Shown here: positions 39,489 to 48,566 of the stretch, piece after piece
Numbering within the stretch: position 1 is the stretch's first letter
Layout: every line of letters begins with the position of its first letter
Virus record (IMG/VR): IMGVR_UViG_3300047564_005847
DNA from: an uncultured virus (IMG/VR IMGVR_UViG_3300047564_005847)
Lineage: Duplodnaviria; Heunggongvirae; Uroviricota; Caudoviricetes
DNA length: 64,000 nt
Direction: 5' to 3' (one strand)
Translations under genes and position numbers: made by a program
The notes under the pieces: model-generated
The model's input: only the letters and a program-made list of their open reading frames with translations
What the model was told of the DNA's origin: nothing
Database searches by the model: none

Positions 39489-39872
39489 ATGCTTTCAATG
39501 CAACAAGTAAATACACTCGGGCAGCTTATCGACACAACTTTCGGTAAAAGCTCAACAACAACTGCACCGACGGTGTCAATAAAGATGACGCTCCAGGGTA
39601 ACTCTCTCATCGTTAAGTACACAACGCTGGTTCACTTTGCTTCCGAGCAATCCATGAGAGAGCAGTCAAAAGAGCTGGAGCGCGCTGCAGTTCAGCTTAC
39701 TAAGAAGTCGATTGATCAAGTTGAGAAAGATTTCAAGAGAATTGAAGGTAAGACACTCAATCTCAAGAAGAAGACGACTGACAACGGCATCGAGCTGATC
39801 AGCATGTCGCCTTACAATCCACGTAAAGTTGCATACTATAGATTTAATACGACATATGAAATCGATGTATGA
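39489..39872 (+). CDS. Hypothetical protein
   Basis: 127-aa ORF with a GAGG ribosome-binding site, coupled to the terminase gene. Confidence 0.7.
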   Translation: MLSMQQVNTLGQLIDTTFGKSSTTTAPTVSIKMTLQGNSLIVKYTTLVHFASEQSMREQSKELERAAVQLTKKSIDQVEKDFKRIEGKTLNLKKKTTDNGIELISMSPYNPRKVAYYRFNTTYEIDV

Positions 39873-41464
39873 ACACGAGCAACAAGTCAAGACAAGTATC
39901 TGAGATTATACGCTGTGGCAAAGATCCGGCGTATTTTTTCAATAACTACGTAAAGATCCAGCATCCAACTAAGGGAACGATCCCATTTAAGACGTTCCCA
40001 TTTCAAGATGACTGCGTCAATGACTTCATAGAAAATCGATTTACAGTCATTGTCAAGAGCAGGCAGCTTGGCTTGTCAACTCTTGTTGCTGCATATTCTG
40101 TTTGGCTTGCGCTCTTCCAGAAAGACAAGAATATCCTCATCATCGCAACTAAGCTGGGTGTTGCGCAGAACTTCATTAAGAAAGTGAAGACAATGGTGAG
40201 TAACCTTCCGCCGTGGATGGTGCTCCCGCAGATCACTCTCAACAACCGGCAGATGATCGAATTTAGTCATGGATCTTCGATCAAGGCTGTTCCCACATCA
40301 GAAGACGCAGGTCGTTCTGAGTCGCTGTCGCTGCTGATCATCGACGAGGCAGCATTCGTTAGAAACTTTGATGAGCTATGGACGGGCTTGTACCCTACGA
40401 TCTCAACTGGTGGTCGTGCTATTGTGCTTTCAACACCTAACGGTGTGGGTGGACAATACTACAAGCTTTTCACTGAGGCTGAGTCGGGCTTAAACGAATT
40501 TAAGGCCATCAGGCTGAACTGGGACGTTCATCCTGAACGTGATCAGGCGTGGTTCGAGAAAGAGACAAGAAATCTATCCGCTAAAGAGATCGCTCAGGAG
40601 TACTTGTGCGATTTCGCTGCGTCAGGTGAGACGTTCCTCAATGACGACGACATCAAGTGGATTAGCAAGATTATACGACCTCCAATTGATCGCGGCGGGC
40701 CAGATAGAAATGTCTGGATCTGGAAGCACGCGCTGTCAGAGCACAAGTACATCGTCTCTGCTGACGTTGCAAGAGGCGATGGGAAAGATTACTCAACTTT
40801 TCACGTCATCGATTGCACTGAAGGTGAAGTAGTCGCTGAGTACAAGGGTAAGATTGCACCAGATAAGTTTGGTGAACTCTTAAATGAGTATGGTTTGCTG
40901 TACAATAAGGCGCTAATGTGCCCTGAGAATAACTCATTTGGATATGCAACCATAGTCAAGCTTAAAGATCTAGGCTACCCAAAGATGTACTATAACAAGA
41001 ACAAGTCTGTCTACATCGGCGACTATGTTCCACCTGCTGAGACAGAGCTGGCAGGTTTTACAACGAGCGGCAAGTCAAGAAACCAGATCCTCACAAAGCT
41101 CGAAGAGGTCATCAGAAACAAACAGCTTCTAATATACTCGTCTCGTTTCTATGAAGAGTTGAAGACATTTGTCTGGAATGAGAACAAAGCACAGGCAATG
41201 AAGGGAGAGAACGACGATCTTATTCTCTCGCTCGCCATCGGAACTTGGCTCTATGATGCATCAAATGACTATGGCAAGGACTCAGATAAGTTAAACAATG
41301 CAATGCTTGCCGCGATGGGTTTTAAGAACAAGCAATTTAATGGTGCAGCAAACGACGTAATATCAAACAAGCACCAACAAGAGTCAAACCGAGATCGCGT
41401 GCTGCGCGGACACTCGCGGCCGATGGGGATACCTCCTGAGTTCGCGTGGGTGTATAAGAACTAG
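39869..41464 (+). CDS. Terminase large subunit (T4 gp17-like)
   Basis: KSRQLGLST Walker A, LLIIDEAAF Walker B, STPNG, QEYLCDF, ADVARGDGKDYS and DDLILSLAI. Confidence 0.95.
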   Translation: MNTSNKSRQVSEIIRCGKDPAYFFNNYVKIQHPTKGTIPFKTFPFQDDCVNDFIENRFTVIVKSRQLGLSTLVAAYSVWLALFQKDKNILIIATKLGVAQNFIKKVKTMVSNLPPWMVLPQITLNNRQMIEFSHGSSIKAVPTSEDAGRSESLSLLIIDEAAFVRNFDELWTGLYPTISTGGRAIVLSTPNGVGGQYYKLFTEAESGLNEFKAIRLNWDVHPERDQAWFEKETRNLSAKEIAQEYLCDFAASGETFLNDDDIKWISKIIRPPIDRGGPDRNVWIWKHALSEHKYIVSADVARGDGKDYSTFHVIDCTEGEVVAEYKGKIAPDKFGELLNEYGLLYNKALMCPENNSFGYATIVKLKDLGYPKMYYNKNKSVYIGDYVPPAETELAGFTTSGKSRNQILTKLEEVIRNKQLLIYSSRFYEELKTFVWNENKAQAMKGENDDLILSLAIGTWLYDASNDYGKDSDKLNNAMLAAMGFKNKQFNGAANDVISNKHQQESNRDRVLRGHSRPMGIPPEFAWVYKN

Positions 41465-41472
41465 GAGAATAA

Positions 41473-43518
41473 ATGGCGCAAGATAGTAACCTCTTTAATA
41501 GGCTCACTAAGCTCTTCAGGAGCGGCCCAGTCATTAAGAGAAGAGTGAGAGAAGTCACTCCTTCAACAAAGTCAACTTCAGCATTTGAGCAGTTTAGAAA
41601 AGCTCAGAGCTACGTCTACAGCTCAGCGATGAGTGCATACGGTTCTTATGACCGTATGGCAAGGTACTCTGACTTCCAAGAGATGGAGTACACACCAGAG
41701 ATCGCCTCAGCACTTGACATCTACTCTGAGGAGACAATCTCACCCGATGAGAAGGGCAATGTCCTCCACATCCACTCAGAAAATCCTGTCGTCCACAAGC
41801 TTCTTAACGAGCTCTTCTATGACACTCTCAATGTCAACTTCAACTTGACAGCTTGGGCACGTAACATGTGCAAGTACGGTGACTTCTTCCTCTTCAACGA
41901 CGTTTCACCTGATCAAGGTGTCATCAACGTCTACCCAATTCCAGTCAATGAGATTGAGCGTGAAGAAGGGTATGATAAGGACGACCCAATGGCCGTGCGC
42001 TTCCGATGGTTGACGCAGGGAAATCAAGTTCTTGAGAACTGGCAGGTGTCACACTTTAGAATTCTAGGTAATGATGCATTCTTGCCTTACGGCTCATCAG
42101 TTCTTGAAGCAGCACGTCGTATTTGGCGTCAGCTGATCCTCGTCGAGGACGCGATGCTTGTCTACCGCGTTGTCCGTGCACCAGATCGTCGCGTATTCTA
42201 CATTGACGTGGGTAACGTACCTCCTGAAGACATCGCCAATTACATGGAGCAGGCACAAGCACAGCTCAAGAAGAGCCAAGTTGTTGATAAGCAGACAGGG
42301 CGCGTCGACCTGAGATACAATCCACTGTCAGTAGACGAGGATTACTTCATTCCTGTACGCGGCGGTCAATCGGGCACAAAGATTGAGCCACTCGCTGGTG
42401 GCGCAAATGCAGCAGCAATTGAGGATGTACAGTACATCCAGAAGAAGATGTTCGCTGCATTGAAGATCCCAAAGGCCTATCTCGGCTATGACGAAGGCTT
42501 GGGAGCAAAGGCAACACTGTCCCAGGAAGACATCAGGTTTTCTCGCACAATTGCTCGCATCCAACGCACAATCGTGTCCGAGCTCAATAAGATCGCCATC
42601 ATCCACTTACACTCCAACGGATTTGACGGCCCCGACCTCCTTGACTTCGACCTTAAGCTGACAAATCCTTCAACGATTGCACAGCAGCAGAAGCTTGAGC
42701 TCTACAACACCAAGTTCCAGATTGCAGGATCTGCCAACGGCATTCCCAACCTTGTTGACAAGCGTTGGGTTCGCAAGAAGATCTTCCAGATGACTGATGA
42801 AGAGATCGACGCCATTGAGAAGGGTATCATCAAGGACAAGGAGATGGAGCTCAAGGTCGAAGCAGTCAAGCTGCCTGAAGACAAATCTACAGCTCCTGAC
42901 ATGTCATCCATGGCAGCAGGTATTCCAACAAGCCCATTCGCATCTGAGCCTGAAGCGCCTGCTACAGAGCCAACGCCACCCGCCGGTGGTGAGACACCTC
43001 CAGCAGCACCAGCGGCACCTGGCCCTGAGACGGCTTCTTCAAACACAAACAAGCGCGGCCTAGGAATTCTAGCAGAGCCAGATTTTGACCTGTCTAACTT
43101 GTCAATCAATGATGAAAGTGCACCCATCAAGGCACAGAACACGGTTGACGCGATAGGCCGTAAGCTGCTCGGTGAGAGGATCGAGGGAAAGACGCAGGCA
43201 GATCGTGATCGCTACAATGCAAAGAGGAAGCGCCGCGGCCACCTGCACAACATGTCTGATCACAATGCAATGGTCAGTCACGACAAGAGTGATCAAACTG
43301 ACTCGATTGCACACCCATTTGGTGCAAAGAACGATCTAATCAATCCATTTAAGGATGTGCTTAAGGAGATTGATGACGACGTCGACCCAGATGATGACTA
43401 CACCTTCAACGATACAAGAATGTCAGAGATACACAGTGTTTTAGGTTCAATGCGACGTAAGAATATATTTAATAGGCAGATCTCTGCGTCTAGCAATACG
43501 ACAGAGGAGGACGAATGA
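41473..43518 (+). CDS. Portal protein (T4 gp20-like) with a long C-terminal extension
   Basis: PEIASALDIY, EDAMLVYRVVRAPDRRVFYIDVGN, EDYFIPVRG and ALKIPKAYL. Confidence 0.95.
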   Translation: MAQDSNLFNRLTKLFRSGPVIKRRVREVTPSTKSTSAFEQFRKAQSYVYSSAMSAYGSYDRMARYSDFQEMEYTPEIASALDIYSEETISPDEKGNVLHIHSENPVVHKLLNELFYDTLNVNFNLTAWARNMCKYGDFFLFNDVSPDQGVINVYPIPVNEIEREEGYDKDDPMAVRFRWLTQGNQVLENWQVSHFRILGNDAFLPYGSSVLEAARRIWRQLILVEDAMLVYRVVRAPDRRVFYIDVGNVPPEDIANYMEQAQAQLKKSQVVDKQTGRVDLRYNPLSVDEDYFIPVRGGQSGTKIEPLAGGANAAAIEDVQYIQKKMFAALKIPKAYLGYDEGLGAKATLSQEDIRFSRTIARIQRTIVSELNKIAIIHLHSNGFDGPDLLDFDLKLTNPSTIAQQQKLELYNTKFQIAGSANGIPNLVDKRWVRKKIFQMTDEEIDAIEKGIIKDKEMELKVEAVKLPEDKSTAPDMSSMAAGIPTSPFASEPEAPATEPTPPAGGETPPAAPAAPGPETASSNTNKRGLGILAEPDFDLSNLSINDESAPIKAQNTVDAIGRKLLGERIEGKTQADRDRYNAKRKRRGHLHNMSDHNAMVSHDKSDQTDSIAHPFGAKNDLINPFKDVLKEIDDDVDPDDDYTFNDTRMSEIHSVLGSMRRKNIFNRQISASSNTTEEDE

Positions 43519-44378
43519 ACATCCAGCACAACAAGAAGCGAAATGTCGGTATCATCTATGAGCTGCTACTGCGCTCAGTATCAGCAGCAATAGTTGAGAA
43601 TGATAAGACGAGAGCACAAAGAGCTCTTGACATCATTGAGAAGTACTATGATAAGTCAACTGAGCTCTACAAGGAATACAGGCTCTTCAACGCGCTTGTC
43701 AAGTCAACTGTGAGTGACACACCTGTAGCTGCTGCCGTCCTTGCTGAAGCCAAATCAGCAGCTCGCAGAGCAGATATGCGCAAACTTGATCACGAGAAGT
43801 CGCTCCTGATCAGGGAGATCAACCACAACTTAAGAGATGACGATTTTTATCAGAGAAGAATACCTGACTATCGTTTCTACGCAACTGTGCAAAATCTCCT
43901 GAACGAGTGGTGCGCAGGTGATCGCTCTGATTTAACGAAGATGGTGATGCTCGAGGGACAAGTTGTCCACTGGCTTCTCGCTGAGAAGAAAGAACTTCCT
44001 GTTGATCTCGATGCACCTACACCTGAAGTTGATAATCTTGTCGTCAAGCTCATGAACGAGAAGTTCAATGAGAAATATGCAGGCAAGCTCAATGTGGATC
44101 AGACAAAGCTGATCCAAGATTACATCTTCAGCATTGAGAACGGTCAGGAGGAGAAGTTCCTTGGTCGTCTCAATTCTCTCAGAGAGACAGCACTCACTAG
44201 AGTGCGCCAGCTAAAGACAGCAACTAAAAATCAAACTCTGCAAGAGAGGATACCCCTTGTGGAGACAGCTTTACGCAACTTAAATTTCACATCACTCAAT
44301 GATGAGACAATCTCACGCTTTATGACAGTGTCTCAATTAGTGACAGAACTGAGCGAGGAGGAAGACGATGGCCAGTGA
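43515..44378 (+). CDS. Conserved-looking hypothetical head-module protein
   Basis: 287-aa ORF (HNKKRNVGIIYELL) between the portal and protease genes. Confidence 0.7.
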   Translation: MNIQHNKKRNVGIIYELLLRSVSAAIVENDKTRAQRALDIIEKYYDKSTELYKEYRLFNALVKSTVSDTPVAAAVLAEAKSAARRADMRKLDHEKSLLIREINHNLRDDDFYQRRIPDYRFYATVQNLLNEWCAGDRSDLTKMVMLEGQVVHWLLAEKKELPVDLDAPTPEVDNLVVKLMNEKFNEKYAGKLNVDQTKLIQDYIFSIENGQEEKFLGRLNSLRETALTRVRQLKTATKNQTLQERIPLVETALRNLNFTSLNDETISRFMTVSQLVTELSEEEDDGQ

Positions 44379-44979
44379 TAACATGGTTCTTTTAAAGGAG
44401 TGGCTGCCACTTAAGTACTCACCTGACATTGTTCGTGAGTCAAAGCAGCTTAACGGTGGCAAAGTAATGCTCCGTGGTGTCATCCAGCGTGCTGATACAC
44501 TGAACCAGAACGGTCGTATTTATCCACGCGCCATCCTTGAGCGTGAGATTGATAACTACCAGAAGTTCATTCGTGAGAATAGAGCACTGGGTGAGTGCGA
44601 TCATCCTGACACGTCTGTCGTAGAATTGAAGAATGTGTCACACATTGTGCGCGAAGCCAAGATGGACGGCGACACTGTGACGGGCGTTGTGGAGCTACTT
44701 GACACACCTAGCGGTAAGATCCTCCAGAGCCTCGTTGAGGCAGGTATCACACTGGGCATCTCATCTAGAGGTGTTGGATCAACACGTAATCAAAGCGGTG
44801 CTGTTGTAGTTCAAGATGACTTCCAGCTGATCTGCTTCGACATCGTCTCAGAGCCTTCAACACCGGGCGCATTCATGATGAATGAGAGCAAGGTGATATC
44901 AGGCAGAGAGTTGAAGAAAACTTTTACGAAATCCGACAGAGTTAATAGGATCTTCACAGACATCTTAGCATGGAAGTAG
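44368..44979 (+). CDS. Prohead core protease (T4 gp21-like)
   Basis: NQNGRIYP, ALGECDHP, VSH, GISSRGVGS and FDIVSEPSTPGA. Confidence 0.95.
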   Translation: MASDNMVLLKEWLPLKYSPDIVRESKQLNGGKVMLRGVIQRADTLNQNGRIYPRAILEREIDNYQKFIRENRALGECDHPDTSVVELKNVSHIVREAKMDGDTVTGVVELLDTPSGKILQSLVEAGITLGISSRGVGSTRNQSGAVVVQDDFQLICFDIVSEPSTPGAFMMNESKVISGRELKKTFTKSDRVNRIFTDILAWK

Positions 44980-44980
44980 T

Positions 44981-45505
44981 ATGAAGTTATCCAAAGAAGA
45001 TCTGAAGGGCATCGTAAAGGAGTGTCTCGTAGAGATACTAAGTGAGGGCCTCGGTGGCGGTGGCAACCTTGTTGAAAGCCGTCAAGTTCAACGTCAAGCG
45101 CCAGCTGCTCAAGCACCTACACGCAATTTAAGCGGCAGGACAGGAGCAGCTCCGCAGCAACAACCGCGGCAGTCTGTCTATGACAAGCTTGCATTTGCAC
45201 CCACACGTGAGCAAGTGCAGAGAGCTGCGCCCGCTGTCAAGAAGATCAACCCACTCAGCATGGTCAAAGACATTACATCTGATCCCATCATGGCGGGCAT
45301 CCTGGCAGAAACTGCTTCGTCAGGTCAGCACATGCATATGGGCGAAAGTAATAATAGAAACGCACAACCTTCACATGAAGAGCAAGTGATGTCAGCAGGT
45401 GACGCTGCAGCAAGAAAGATGATGATGTCAGATCCTACTGACTTATTTGGTGAGAGCGCGTCAATGTGGTCAGCATTGGCATTCTCAGAGAAAATAAGAA
45501 AGTAG
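44981..45505 (+). CDS. Hypothetical head-module protein
   Basis: 174-aa ORF with N-terminal LKGIVKECLVEILSE. Confidence 0.7.
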   Translation: MKLSKEDLKGIVKECLVEILSEGLGGGGNLVESRQVQRQAPAAQAPTRNLSGRTGAAPQQQPRQSVYDKLAFAPTREQVQRAAPAVKKINPLSMVKDITSDPIMAGILAETASSGQHMHMGESNNRNAQPSHEEQVMSAGDAAARKMMMSDPTDLFGESASMWSALAFSEKIRK

Positions 45506-45524
45506 TAAATTTGCAAAGTTCGTG

Positions 45525-45531
45525 ATAATTA
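45525..45531 (+). promoter_or_regulatory. Putative late promoter ATAATTA
   Basis: Recurrent motif upstream of the SD of 45556. Confidence 0.55.
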
Positions 45532-45555
45532 ATTTATGTTCCATAGGAGTTTACA

Positions 45556-45849
45556 ATGAAGAAGCTTACACCCCAGATGCTTAGAAGAATGGTCCTCGAG
45601 GAGAAGAAGAAGGTCGAGGCTGCTCACGCTAAGGAGAATGCAAAGGCCCGTAAGGCCTACCACCTCGATGAGACCGAGGAGCAGTGGGCAGACGCAGATG
45701 TTCCAGCAGCCAAGGAGTACAAGCCTGGCTCTAAGGACATGGAAGCAGCTAAGATGCTCAAGGAGGAGGAAGTTCGCCTCCGCCGCCGTCTCCAGGCCGT
45801 CATGGAGCGCCGTCTTGCTCTCAAGCGTCGTATCATGGAGAGCCTCTAA
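45556..45849 (+). CDS. Small charged head-module protein
   Basis: AGGAG ribosome-binding site, late motif upstream, N-terminal LRRMVLEE. Confidence 0.75.
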   Translation: MKKLTPQMLRRMVLEEKKKVEAAHAKENAKARKAYHLDETEEQWADADVPAAKEYKPGSKDMEAAKMLKEEEVRLRRRLQAVMERRLALKRRIMESL

Positions 45850-45892
45850 TCTCTCTGTTCAGTTTGTGATCTACTAAGGAGGGAGAGACAAG

Positions 45893-46474
45893 ATGGCAGT
45901 TAACTATACAACAGTTGTGTCGCCAGATGATGGCGCAAAGACAGGTGGCCTTGGAAATCGTAACCAGGTCAACCTGAAGTCGTGCTTTCCCTCTTCACCC
46001 ATCTACAGCAATGTGTACACACCCACTGCTGCTGAGAATGCAGGTATCTCTGCATTGAATGGCAACGGTGGGCCCGGTGATAGCATACCCAGCATCGGTA
46101 TTGCTGACGGTGTGCTTGATGACGGTGGGTACATGTTCAACCAGGTTGACTTGCGTTTTGCTGGCCGTAGATCATCAGGTGTAGATGATGCTTACGCTGC
46201 TCCTAATCTCTCTGAGGTTGTGACAGGTGGCGAAGGCCTCCCAGCATCACCTTACATTCCCAATCTTACGTCGCCTGGCGAAGGTAACGGGACCGATCCG
46301 TTTGCACAGCCAGAGTTCACAGGCGATCTACCTTACGGTGGTGATCCTGGACAGGCAGCAGCAACGCAGTTCGGTCGTGGCGAAGGTGTAGCAGCCAATC
46401 CTGTGACTGCTACGGCAGAAGTTGCACGAGCCACAATCGGCAAGTTCATGCTGGGAACTTCTAAGATTACTTGA
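45893..46474 (+). CDS. Gly/Pro-rich hypothetical protein (head module)
   Basis: 193-aa ORF with an AAGGAGG ribosome-binding site. Confidence 0.7.
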   Translation: MAVNYTTVVSPDDGAKTGGLGNRNQVNLKSCFPSSPIYSNVYTPTAAENAGISALNGNGGPGDSIPSIGIADGVLDDGGYMFNQVDLRFAGRRSSGVDDAYAAPNLSEVVTGGEGLPASPYIPNLTSPGEGNGTDPFAQPEFTGDLPYGGDPGQAAATQFGRGEGVAANPVTATAEVARATIGKFMLGTSKIT

Positions 46475-46476
46475 GC

Positions 46477-47037
46477 ATGAGAGACGCACCTCCGACTACG
46501 CATCGCTTTTGGTTTAAAGGCGATGCAAATGCAGGTGCAGGATACGGTACACTAAAGAAAAAGTTCTCCGGTGGCGATTATACCACTGTGGGAACTTTTC
46601 CTTATATCGAAGACGATGACACGTTTGAAGATGAAGATCTTGACGATCTAATGCACACGCAAGATTTCATCAACAAGACAGGCTACACAGGTGTTGCTAA
46701 GCCTAGAGCACACATTAGAAAGGATAATGCATCTTTCACAAAGATGCGGTGGAGCACACCGCTTGAAGAAGCGTCGATCATGAAAGGCATCACACCCTTT
46801 CCTGCGTCAATGCTCTATAAGAACTTCACAGGTCCTGCCGTGGGTGGTGCATCTACCAATCAATCTTTTACAAATGCTCCTGGGCGTCTTATAGGTAATC
46901 AGTACGGTTCAACACGCGCAAGCCCACTTGCTGATGACGAACTTATCACAATCGACAGATTAAATGATCTTATGGATCCAGACACCCGCAATCTTGTTAA
47001 GCAGCGCTTAAAAATAAAGATATTGCAGGATGTTTGA
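46477..47037 (+). CDS. Hypothetical protein (head module)
   Basis: Fills the gap before the scaffold gene. The start is ATG 46477 or TTG 46471. Confidence 0.65.
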   Translation: MRDAPPTTHRFWFKGDANAGAGYGTLKKKFSGGDYTTVGTFPYIEDDDTFEDEDLDDLMHTQDFINKTGYTGVAKPRAHIRKDNASFTKMRWSTPLEEASIMKGITPFPASMLYKNFTGPAVGGASTNQSFTNAPGRLIGNQYGSTRASPLADDELITIDRLNDLMDPDTRNLVKQRLKIKILQDV

Positions 47038-47076
47038 CAAAGAACCTAATATGTATTGAAAGCAGGGAAACAGTTA

Positions 47077-48537
47077 ATGTCAAAGACACTATATGATGAA
47101 GCAATCGCCGATGCTAAGCGACTTCGCGAAGTTGCTGAGCTGAATGCCAAGAATGCAATCGTAGAAGCAGTCACGCCGCGCATTAGAGAGTTCATCGACA
47201 GCCAGCTCGTAGGCGACCCAACAAAGGCCGTCACAGCTGAGAAGTTTCTTGTTGATGCTCTGAACGAAGGTGCAACGGATGACAGCGGAGAGGACGATGT
47301 CGTCCTTGACGAAGCTGCTCTTAAGTCACTTGTCTCGCTATTCACACCTAAGCAGACGACGCAAGCAAAGGACAGCTTCCAGGAAGCATTTGACCAGCTT
47401 AGCGAAGATGAAAAGAAGAAACTTTTGAACCTGATCAGCGAAGAGAAAACTGACGCCGATCTGGACGAGAATGAAGAAGAAAGCGCACCAGCGCAGGAGA
47501 AGAAAATGGACGAATCACTCTATGAGATTGATCTGAATGAGCTCAAGAAGGAGCTTGCTGCAGTTGCTTCTCCTGGTAAGCCCGCAGCTGGTGTTAAGCC
47601 TTCAAAGGCACCAATGCCTGCTAGAGCAGGCGGCATGAAGAAGTCACCTGCACCCGCCATGGAAGACATGTTCGAGCTTGATGAAGAGCTATACGAGATG
47701 GACATGGAAGGCGACCTTGATGAGGAATATATGGACGAGCTCAATGAGGCCAAGCTTGAGGTTGACCTCGGTGATCTCGAGCTCCCAGAAGATTTCATGC
47801 CCTCCGTTCGGGTTGTCCCCGAGGAAGAGGAAGAGGACATGCTCGCAGCTGATGACAGCGACATGGGTGACATGGTTCCCGATGCCGAAGAAGCACCTGC
47901 TGATGAGGCTCCTCCCGCTCCCGTCGCTGAGACATTCTACGTCGACGAGAATATGCTCCGTCGTGAGCTCTTCCGCCTCCGCGAGGCTCGCAAGCAGAAG
48001 GAGGACAAGCTCCTCAACAAGAAGAGCCTCAAGAGCGCTTCACACGTCAAGGCAGCTGCTAAGGCATTCGGCGACGGTGAGCTCGAGGAAGTCGATGAGG
48101 TTGAGATCAACGCTCTCGACAACGCCAAGAAGCACAAGCTTAAGAAATTGAAAGAGGCACGCGATAATCGTGCTCTCGTAACCCAGCTCAATGAATACAG
48201 AAGCGCTGTTGAAACGCTTCGTGAGCAAATGACTGATATGAACCTCTTCAACGCGAAGCTGCTCTACGTCAACAAGATGCTGCAGTCAAAGGATTTGACA
48301 CCTAAGCAACAGAAGGTCGTCATTGAGGCCATCGACGGCGCTAAGACACTACGCGAAGTGAAGATGCTCTTCAAGAGCCTGACTGAGTCACTGACTGGCG
48401 GCAATGGTGCCACACTCAATGAGTCAGCAACCAGGTTCAACGCCGGGGGTTCTTCCCGCGCGACCTCATCAGCTGCCGCCCGCACAGGCGAGACAGCAGA
48501 AGTCGACCGCTGGGCGACGCTCGCCGGTCTCAAGTAA
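47077..48537 (+). CDS. Prohead scaffolding protein (gp22-like)
   Basis: Very acidic, coiled-coil protein directly upstream of the major capsid gene. It has NLFNAKLLYVNK, a C-terminal RWATLAGL, and many L-x-E sites. Confidence 0.8.
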   Translation: MSKTLYDEAIADAKRLREVAELNAKNAIVEAVTPRIREFIDSQLVGDPTKAVTAEKFLVDALNEGATDDSGEDDVVLDEAALKSLVSLFTPKQTTQAKDSFQEAFDQLSEDEKKKLLNLISEEKTDADLDENEEESAPAQEKKMDESLYEIDLNELKKELAAVASPGKPAAGVKPSKAPMPARAGGMKKSPAPAMEDMFELDEELYEMDMEGDLDEEYMDELNEAKLEVDLGDLELPEDFMPSVRVVPEEEEEDMLAADDSDMGDMVPDAEEAPADEAPPAPVAETFYVDENMLRRELFRLREARKQKEDKLLNKKSLKSASHVKAAAKAFGDGELEEVDEVEINALDNAKKHKLKKLKEARDNRALVTQLNEYRSAVETLREQMTDMNLFNAKLLYVNKMLQSKDLTPKQQKVVIEAIDGAKTLREVKMLFKSLTESLTGGNGATLNESATRFNAGGSSRATSSAAARTGETAEVDRWATLAGLK

Positions 48538-48566
48538 TTTGTTAAGTATTCAAGGAGTTTAATAAC

